From assembly GCA_027002995.1 (NCBI GenBank), contig JALWZB010000061.1:3000-66999 (forward strand): DNA of 64,000 nt. Direction: 5' to 3'. Below the pieces are notes generated by a model that saw nothing but the letters and a program-made list of their open reading frames with translations, was not told where the DNA came from and ran no database searches. Both the position numbers and the translations under genes were made by a program. Shown in pieces: positions 36,698 to 43,388 of the stretch (positions are counted from its first letter, which is position 1; each line of letters begins with the position of its first letter). This DNA comes from Desulfurococcales archaeon. Its GTDB lineage: Archaea; Thermoproteota; Thermoprotei_A; Sulfolobales; NBVN01.

Positions 36698-36992
36698 TAC
36701 GTCATTACCTTAGTAGTAAGGGGTGTTGAGGGGTAATAAGTTACTTGCCCACGATAAGCGAGATGATTTAGCAAGTAACTTTAATAAGCCTATGTGGGGA
36801 CGTAAATTACTGGTGGAACCTGCAGACACCTCCGCATGGAGCTGGGATGAAGCAGGGAGCCGGCGGGGTCATTCACACCACTTCTTAATTCTTTGAGTAA
36901 GTTGCCTACCGTAACTTCAAGTCGGGACTCCCTACTAGAGGAGTAGAGGAGTCACGCATTTTATCCTAATGGATCTTCTCAAAGAATCTACC

Positions 36993-37724
36993 TTAGGTAC
37001 ATATCTCCTTGTGTTTTCTCAAGTACTCCTCCTGCATCTTCAGTATGTCCCTAGCCGCCGCTATTGGGTCTCGGGTGTCGAAGACTGCCCTACCCACGAT
37101 TTCCGCGTCAGCACCAGCACATATTGCTTCCCCTGGGCTCACGCCCCTGATCATTATTCCGGGCGATAGTATGACGTGTTTTCTGCCGAACGCCTTACGT
37201 ACGTCTGTTATGATTTGCGTCTTATTTGCAGGGATTATTAAGGCGTCGGCATTAACGCCGTTAATTATCTCCTTTACTGCCCCATACACGCGGTCGAAAG
37301 TGTGGGTTGCGCCAGCATGGCTCATCGTTACCTGCAGGATGAGGTCGGCTCCTGCGTCATGCACGACTTTCTCCAACTTGTCTAAGGCACCTGTTAACCC
37401 GGTGAAGGCGTGGGCAACGATGCCGTTGAAACCCGTGTTTAATGCTTCCTTAGCAGATAACGCCATTATGTCCCCTATGTCCGAGAGCTTTAGGTCGGCG
37501 ATGAAGTAGAGTTTCGGGTAATCATTGATGAGATTACGTAATTGCCTAATCCCGTAATGTATGAGGTAGGGTAACCCCACCTTAATACCCACGACGCCTT
37601 CGGGCACATTGTCCAGGAATGAAGCGAGCTGCTGAAGGTCTATCGTGGGGGCATCAACAGCGACTACTAATCTACCGCCTGCCTCCCTGATAATCTTATG
37701 GATCCTCCCCACTGTTATTACCAT
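36993..37724 (-). CDS. pyrF: orotidine 5'-phosphate decarboxylase-like (PyrF family TIM barrel)
   Basis: 243 aa. Motifs seen: LVVAVDAP, GIKVG, and FIADLKLSDIGD (the K-x-D-I-G signature). A KGPDC/HPS-type relative cannot be excluded. Confidence 0.6.
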   Translation of the reverse strand: MVITVGRIHKIIREAGGRLVVAVDAPTIDLQQLASFLDNVPEGVVGIKVGLPYLIHYGIRQLRNLINDYPKLYFIADLKLSDIGDIMALSAKEALNTGFNGIVAHAFTGLTGALDKLEKVVHDAGADLILQVTMSHAGATHTFDRVYGAVKEIINGVNADALIIPANKTQIITDVRKAFGRKHVILSPGIMIRGVSPGEAICAGADAEIVGRAVFDTRDPIAAARDILKMQEEYLRKHKEICT

Positions 37725-37773
37725 GAATTTAGTTCGTCGGGATATTTATTAGTACTTGACGTGGTGAGCGAAA

Positions 37774-37832
37774 TCAGCCGGTGGTTTCATACCTCATACC
37801 CGTACGCGGGTCAGGCGCGCGGGTCTCATCAC
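37774..37832 (-). ncRNA. box C/D sRNA candidate
   Basis: Minus-strand read: GUGAUGA (C, 37826-37832), 11 nt gacccgcgcgc, CUGA (D', 37811-37814), 13 nt containing hairpin cccg-cgua-cggg, AUGAGGU (C'-like, 37791-37797), 13 nt augaaaccaccgg, CUGA (D, 37774-37777). It starts 8 nt after the stop of the 37841 gene. Spacers of 11 and 13 nt deviate from the ideal 12. Confidence 0.45.
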
Positions 37833-37840
37833 TAAGTACC

Positions 37841-38164
37841 TTACTCACTATAAATCTTCATTACCTCCTCCATAACTTCATCCTCACTGCGGTCACTCTC
37901 AATTAACTGCCACTTAGCGAATCCTTCCTTACGTTCTTTCGTGCTAAGATGTTTTAACGTGAGTTCACATGCCTTTCTGCTCGGGTGTAGGGCTACGGAA
38001 ACGTACGCCCTTATGATGCCGTCTATTGTTGCTTGCTGGAAAATTAGCTTCTCCCCCGACTCTAACTCCACAAGGACCCTCGTATGTCTATGGCCCGGAG
38101 GTATGAATGCAACTACGCGCACTACGTCGCTTGTTTTCATCACCCTTACTCTGTCCTGCGTCAT
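37841..38164 (-). CDS. hypothetical 107-aa protein (downstream partner of a two-gene cassette)
   Basis: The ORF start overlaps the upstream gene's stop by 1 nt. No recognised motif. Confidence 0.5.
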   Translation of the reverse strand: MTQDRVRVMKTSDVVRVVAFIPPGHRHTRVLVELESGEKLIFQQATIDGIIRAYVSVALHPSRKACELTLKHLSTKERKEGFAKWQLIESDRSEDEVMEEVMKIYSE

Positions 38165-38487
38165 TAGGCCCTAACCCTATAGGGGCTTAGCTTTGTTCCA
38201 GAGAAGCTCTTAACCACCTCCATTCCCTTTCTCGTCACCTTAATTACTGTGGTGTCACCCTTCTTCTCCTCGACAATTAGTCCTAGTGATGCTAGTAGCT
38301 TCAGATCCTCTTCGAGTTCCTTGGAGTATGGTCCGAAGGAATAGTTTATGAATCTGTACCCTAAGTTAACGGTCCTTGAGTTCTGTAGTGCGTGAATTAA
38401 CTTGTGGAGCATGAGCCTGCCTTTTATTTCTCCGTACTTAGCGATGACTTGAAGTACTTTCAGAGGCTCGGGAGTAATTTCCCTCAC
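38164..38487 (-). CDS. 107-aa protein with an N-terminal Panacea/SocA-like pattern and a C-terminal winged-helix-like segment
   Basis: RLMLHKLIHALQN...GYRFINYSFGPYSKELEEDL recalls the KLqKLlY...GP(V/Y)s..l pattern of DUF4065/Panacea antitoxin domains. LGLIVEEKKGDTTVIKVTRKG looks like a wing. The assignment is from memory only. Confidence 0.4.
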   Translation of the reverse strand: MREITPEPLKVLQVIAKYGEIKGRLMLHKLIHALQNSRTVNLGYRFINYSFGPYSKELEEDLKLLASLGLIVEEKKGDTTVIKVTRKGMEVVKSFSGTKLSPYRVRA

Positions 38488-38627
38488 GTACCGTCACCAG
38501 CGATTATCTGGCTTGATAAGAGCATAAAAGATCAGACCTACTTACCGGGTTCCCCTACCTTTTAAATCAGGGTATTACCTGCGGTAAATACATAAGGGGA
38601 GATTAACTAGTAGGCAAGGGGAAGCTG

Positions 38628-39404
38628 TTGGCATATCAGATGAGTAAGAAGCAATGGGCATTCTCAATAACGTACGGTCAGGGCATGATAGCGCTACTGA
38701 CGATACTCAATGTGTTCTACCCTCAGTACCTGAGCTACACCTTCATAATATTCATCATAGGTATGGTAATATTCACGATCGTTATGATGAAGTCGCAATT
38801 GAAGCACATTACGAGTAAGGAAGCTAAGGAGATCAAAGAGGGTAGGAGGCTCTACAAAAGTGACCCCAGTGAAATCAGGGAGTTACAGGCCCGGGACACG
38901 AAGTTAGTTGCTGAGTTAAAGCCAATGATGAAGTCCGCTGGGTTAAGCCTGCTTAGTATGGTTGTAGTGTTTGTGTGGTACCCAGTGTACTTTAATTATG
39001 CTAGGAACGTTGCCGCCACAACCTCAGACATGTTCATCAGGATAATTATCTTCCTGCTTGGTTATGAGATCCCGTACCTACTGATTACTTTGCTGAACCT
39101 ATGGTCCAGGAGAATAGTGAAGGACGTGGTGCAGGTGGTCACTAATTACGAGGTCTACAATAAGGGTGTGCTGGGCATGGGCTTAACTATAAAGTTTCCT
39201 TTAGAGGAAAACAAGGGTGGTGACACGTACAAAGTAGTGTATAATCCCTCAAGGAGGTTCGTGGAGTTCGTTATTCAGAGAGGGAAGACAACGATTAGGT
39301 ACAGGCTATATAGTCGGTCCTGCGATAGGCTTGCCGACATCATTAAGCGTTACGGGAAGCCGAAGAACTTCGAGGTTATTCGGGAAGGCTCGCCCAGAAG
39401 GTAA
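38628..39404 (+). CDS. integral membrane protein with C-terminal soluble domain
   Basis: 258 aa. There are about 4 TM helices, then a roughly 90-aa soluble C-terminus. The likely true start is the ATG at 38640. Confidence 0.55.
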   Translation: MAYQMSKKQWAFSITYGQGMIALLTILNVFYPQYLSYTFIIFIIGMVIFTIVMMKSQLKHITSKEAKEIKEGRRLYKSDPSEIRELQARDTKLVAELKPMMKSAGLSLLSMVVVFVWYPVYFNYARNVAATTSDMFIRIIIFLLGYEIPYLLITLLNLWSRRIVKDVVQVVTNYEVYNKGVLGMGLTIKFPLEENKGGDTYKVVYNPSRRFVEFVIQRGKTTIRYRLYSRSCDRLADIIKRYGKPKNFEVIREGSPRR

Positions 39405-40726
39405 TGGGTGCCTTGGCTCGAGTCAATAAGTCATCACTATGGCGTCATGCCTTTATTTGTGTAGTGTTATCCCTAGTAGTCCTCATGACCTGCACATGTT
39501 TCTCATCAACACACCTAACGTCAGCAACCATGCTCGAAATGTTAGATGGTGTTGGGGTAGGTGACGGTAATGTCTTAATACTCCTACAGAACAGCACCAT
39601 CTGCGAAGCCCGTGTGAAGGACTTCACAGCGTTCTCGGCCTCACTGGTTAATGGGTCGGTCGCAGTAGCTTTCGGTACGTTTAAGGAGCACCCTGCACTA
39701 CTGGTGCTAGCTACTGGTCAAGGCCATGTCCTCCGCGCTGTTCTCTACTACGTGCTGACCGGCACCGGAGCATTATTCTCGGGGGTTATTGAGGGGAAGC
39801 ACGACATCGTAGGGGTTGGGTATGTTGCGTTGAATAATACGTATGCTGGCATAGTGGCACGCGTTAACCTGGATGGAGGGAACGCATCGGCATTTACGTA
39901 CGTGTTCAGTGTCCCGACATACTTCAGGGATGCAATTATTTACGGTGATAGGGTCATAGTCGCTGCTGGAGCTGGGTTCGGTGGGAAGTACTACCCCGCG
40001 ATTGCATTGATTTCCGGTAGTGACGCACGCCTCATTGCTCTGAGCCCCAGCATAGGCGGGCTAGAAGAGTTCGCTGTGAAGGCCATAGTTACTCTCCAGG
40101 AGGGCAAGCCTGCCGTGCTGGCTATGAGGGATGGAGAAACCGTACTATTTTCACTTACTAGCAAAGGTTTCCATGCTTATAGGCTTGTCCCTAACAAGGA
40201 GTTTGAAGATGTGGGGCTGGTAACTCATCCTAGTGGCGAGAAGACCACCGTGATTCTTAAGGGTATTACCCCGCTTGTGGTTACGTTCCCTTACATGAAC
40301 GCCACTCTCCTACCATTAGCGTCGCACTATTACCTAGTAATGGCTAACAGGTCAGTCCTAGTGCTCGGGATTAGATATAGGATTTTAGTACCGCGCGGGA
40401 AATCATTCAAGCCCGAGCTGTTGACGCTTAGCTTGGAGGGATTCAATACGGTTGAATACGTTACTAGAGGAAAGTACACTAACATAGCGATCTTCGAAAC
40501 AATAGCGTCCGTTAAGGTCATTAGTTCCTCAACCCACACCGCTTCTCAATCTACAACGTTGCCCAGTACTTCAACAAGCTCAGAAGTACAAACCATACGC
40601 ACCCCCGTGAGGACCCCGGGCTTTACATTAGTAAGTAACGGCGGGGGAAACGGGTTACTACTCATTGCTGTCGGTTGCGTGTTGATTTTTGCCTCATTCC
40701 TGCTTAAGAGGTTCCTTGGTGTTTAG
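39404..40726 (+). CDS. secreted protein with Ser/Thr-rich stalk and C-terminal TM anchor
   Basis: 440 aa. It has an N-terminal signal (AFICVVLSLVVLMTCTC), a stalk (SSSTHTASQSTTLPSTSTSSEVQT), and a C-terminal helix (LLLIAVGCVLIFASFLL). The TAATG overlap with the previous gene indicates an operon. Confidence 0.6.
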   Translation: MGALARVNKSSLWRHAFICVVLSLVVLMTCTCFSSTHLTSATMLEMLDGVGVGDGNVLILLQNSTICEARVKDFTAFSASLVNGSVAVAFGTFKEHPALLVLATGQGHVLRAVLYYVLTGTGALFSGVIEGKHDIVGVGYVALNNTYAGIVARVNLDGGNASAFTYVFSVPTYFRDAIIYGDRVIVAAGAGFGGKYYPAIALISGSDARLIALSPSIGGLEEFAVKAIVTLQEGKPAVLAMRDGETVLFSLTSKGFHAYRLVPNKEFEDVGLVTHPSGEKTTVILKGITPLVVTFPYMNATLLPLASHYYLVMANRSVLVLGIRYRILVPRGKSFKPELLTLSLEGFNTVEYVTRGKYTNIAIFETIASVKVISSSTHTASQSTTLPSTSTSSEVQTIRTPVRTPGFTLVSNGGGNGLLLIAVGCVLIFASFLLKRFLGV

Positions 40727-40769
40727 CATCATTTAACTTTTTAATGTTAATTTCCCCGTAGTTAGTTAG

Positions 40770-41462
40770 GTGTTTAGCTTGCTTAGCAGTAGCCTGAGTA
40801 AGGCATGTAAGGCCTTGGGCGAGGGCCTACCAGTCTTCATACATGACTCTAGCTCTAGGGAAGATGAGGTTGACATGGTGTTCTATGCCCCACTCATAAC
40901 CCCTAGTAAGGTAGCGCTCATGCGCAGGGAGGGAGGAGGTCTCATATGTTACGCTATGCCCTTAAGCGTTGGGCGTGCCTTGGGCCTCAGGTACATGGAC
41001 GAAATACTGAGGGAGGTAGGGTACGGCGAGCTTGCTTCTAGGCGGTTAGGTTATGGTGACCCACCGAACTTTAGCTTATGGGTTAACCATAAAGACGTAG
41101 TTACCGGTATAAGGGATGCGGACAGGGCAAAAACCATTAAGGAGTTAGACACCCTTGTTGAGGCTGTCCTTCAGGGACGTGCGGAGGAGGCTAAGAGCAG
41201 GTTCCTTAGCGAATTCGTAGCGCCTGGCCATGTCCCCGTCCTCTTAGGGCGTGGATTAAGTGTTAGGAAGGGACACACCGAACTCTCCCTAGCTCTGGCT
41301 GAGATGGGTGGGCTTAGACCGAGTGTCGTGATAGTAGAGATGCTTGACGAGGGCGGCGCTGCCGACGTGAGTAGGGCCTCCCGACTTGCCGAGCGTGTGG
41401 GTGGAGTGGTGATTGAGGGTGCCGACATAATTGAGGCTTGGGAGAGGCTCCAGGGTTTCTAA
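40770..41462 (+). CDS. ribB: 3,4-dihydroxy-2-butanone-4-phosphate synthase
   Basis: 230 aa. Motifs seen: PVFIHDSSSREDEVDMVFYA, REGGGLICYAM and PGHVPVL. Confidence 0.85.
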   Translation: MFSLLSSSLSKACKALGEGLPVFIHDSSSREDEVDMVFYAPLITPSKVALMRREGGGLICYAMPLSVGRALGLRYMDEILREVGYGELASRRLGYGDPPNFSLWVNHKDVVTGIRDADRAKTIKELDTLVEAVLQGRAEEAKSRFLSEFVAPGHVPVLLGRGLSVRKGHTELSLALAEMGGLRPSVVIVEMLDEGGAADVSRASRLAERVGGVVIEGADIIEAWERLQGF

Positions 41463-41529
41463 CACTGGGTGCACTATCTACTTAATACTCTTTAAATCAT
41501 TATGATTATTTGAGGGAGGGAGCTAAGTA

Positions 41530-42315
41530 TTGCCTAGGTTAACTGTTAACGTGCCCTACGAGGTTCTCGAGAAGATCATGAAGGCCTACCCGAACTTACC
41601 TCCGGAGGAGGCAATAAAGCAGTACTTGATTGAGACCGCGTTGAAGGGGAAGGAGGTAGAGCTCCCTAAGACAAAGGGTGGCGGGCTCGAGGCTTTCGCC
41701 ATGGGAGTTAAGGAGCACGCACCATCAGTGAAGTGCGCCACGCCTGAAGACCTAACTAAGCTTAGGAGGAGTCTTGAGGACCTCCTGAATCCCGTGACTG
41801 GTAAGATTGACTCCTTGCGCTCACAGTTCGCTACTGTTTACGAGGCTATGGAGAAGATCCTTGAGAAGCTTGAGGAGGTAAGTAAGAAGATCGAGCAAGC
41901 GCCGGCAGTTACTGTCCCTAAGGTCGCGGCGCCGGCGGCTAGGGCTGAGGGGGGCGGGCAGGCACCCCCGAGACGTAGGAGGACTTCCGCCATAGAGATA
42001 CTTAAGGAGCAGAAGGTAATGTACGAGTCAGACATAGCGTCGAAGATTAAGAATAGGGACGCGTTCTTCGAGCGACTTAAGAGAGATGGCGCTATCGTGC
42101 TAGAACTAATAGATCAGAGGGTGGCTGTGGATCCGGAATACTGGCAGGAATTCGTCGGGAAGCTTGAGGAAATAAATACTAATTCTGAGCCAGAATTGGA
42201 GAGGGCTTTGGGGAAGCGTGGCTATCAATTGCTTAAAGCGTTAATGAGAAGTACTCTAGCATACTTTGACGCGACCGAGCGTAAGTGGAAGCTCATGCTA
42301 GAGGATCTAGGTTAG
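41530..42315 (+). CDS. hypothetical modular protein (RHH-like N-terminus, coiled coil, Pro/Ala/Arg linker, wHTH-like C-terminus)
   Basis: 261 aa. Segments seen: PRLTVNVPYEVLEKIMKAY, coiled coil SLRSQFATVYEAMEKILEKLEEVSKKIEQ, linker APAARAEGGGQAPPRRRR, and a C-terminal helical domain. Confidence 0.5.
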   Translation: MPRLTVNVPYEVLEKIMKAYPNLPPEEAIKQYLIETALKGKEVELPKTKGGGLEAFAMGVKEHAPSVKCATPEDLTKLRRSLEDLLNPVTGKIDSLRSQFATVYEAMEKILEKLEEVSKKIEQAPAVTVPKVAAPAARAEGGGQAPPRRRRTSAIEILKEQKVMYESDIASKIKNRDAFFERLKRDGAIVLELIDQRVAVDPEYWQEFVGKLEEINTNSEPELERALGKRGYQLLKALMRSTLAYFDATERKWKLMLEDLG

Positions 42316-42337
42316 ACGTGGGGAGCGAATATCCTCG

Positions 42338-43297
42338 TTAACCTTCATTGCCACTGGGTAACCCGCTTATCGTGGGTGCCCTATCACCTAACCGCAGGAA
42401 GCCCCACGGCATCGCCTCAGTGTTATACGAGGCCCACGTATTACCCTCGCTATCCACTGCTAACACGCCTGCTGTGTCTCTGCCATAACTCTTCGTAAGC
42501 TCATCAATCGCCCTCTCAGCCGCTTCCATGGCTGGCAGGCCGGACTCTATCTTCTTAATAACGCCCAGAGAGAGGAAGGACTTTATTATGACCTCACCAA
42601 CTCCCGTAGCTACTGCAGCACCCTTCTGGGTAGCATAGAAACCAGCCCCGGGTATCGCTGAGTCACCTACACGGCCAGGGAACTTCATCATGACGCCGCC
42701 AGTGCTCACGGCAGCGGCTAGGCGCCCTTCCCTGTCGAGGGCGACAGCACCGACCGTGTCGTGGAGGTCTAACCACCCGAGCTTAAGTGCTAGCTCGTAG
42801 CTCTTCCTGAACCTGACCGCGCTACCCTCCTTTATCTTGGCTAGTAATTCCCTGTAGCGACCCATAACACGTTCGGTGGGTCCTGGGTGACGCTCCATTC
42901 CGAGGGCTTTAGCCAGCTTATCAGCTCCCTCCCCCGCCAGAAGGACATGGTCCGTTAGCTCCATAACCTTCTTAGCGAGGAGCACGGGGTTCTTGGGGTA
43001 AGTGACTGCGGCGACGGCCCCTATGCCTCCGGTCTCACCGTCCATAACGCCAGCATCCATCGTTAGCTTCCCGGTTAGGTCCACCACCGAGCCTAATCCT
43101 GCGTTCAGTAACCCTGAGTCCTCCAATACCATAGTGGCTTTAACCACGGCATCAACTGCGGTGCCTCCGGAAGCAATCACGTCCATACCGGACCGAAGCG
43201 CGCGCTCTATGACAGGGATCACGTCACGTATTCTCAAGTACTTCCACGTGCCAGCCCCTGCATGCACGGCTATGACTGGACGCACTAAGACCCCCAC
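42338..43297 (-). CDS. isoaspartyl peptidase / plant-type L-asparaginase (Ntn hydrolase)
   Basis: 319 aa. It has the autoprocessing motif HDTVGAVALD and GAGTW at the N-terminus. Confidence 0.85.
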   Translation of the reverse strand: MGVLVRPVIAVHAGAGTWKYLRIRDVIPVIERALRSGMDVIASGGTAVDAVVKATMVLEDSGLLNAGLGSVVDLTGKLTMDAGVMDGETGGIGAVAAVTYPKNPVLLAKKVMELTDHVLLAGEGADKLAKALGMERHPGPTERVMGRYRELLAKIKEGSAVRFRKSYELALKLGWLDLHDTVGAVALDREGRLAAAVSTGGVMMKFPGRVGDSAIPGAGFYATQKGAAVATGVGEVIIKSFLSLGVIKKIESGLPAMEAAERAIDELTKSYGRDTAGVLAVDSEGNTWASYNTEAMPWGFLRLGDRAPTISGLPSGNEG

Positions 43298-43333
43298 ATA
43301 ATATACCTAGGGTAACGTAATTAAGAATGCCTC

Positions 43334-43340
43334 AAAAAAA
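43334..43340 (-). terminator. oligo-T terminator downstream of the 936-aa gene
   Basis: The minus strand reads gugUUUUUUUgagg about 50 nt after the stop at 43389. Archaeal termination typically uses oligo-T tracts. Confidence 0.4.
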
Positions 43341-43388
43341 CACTTAACCAGCCCGTAATCCGTCCTAATTACACTGTTATTTTTATTT

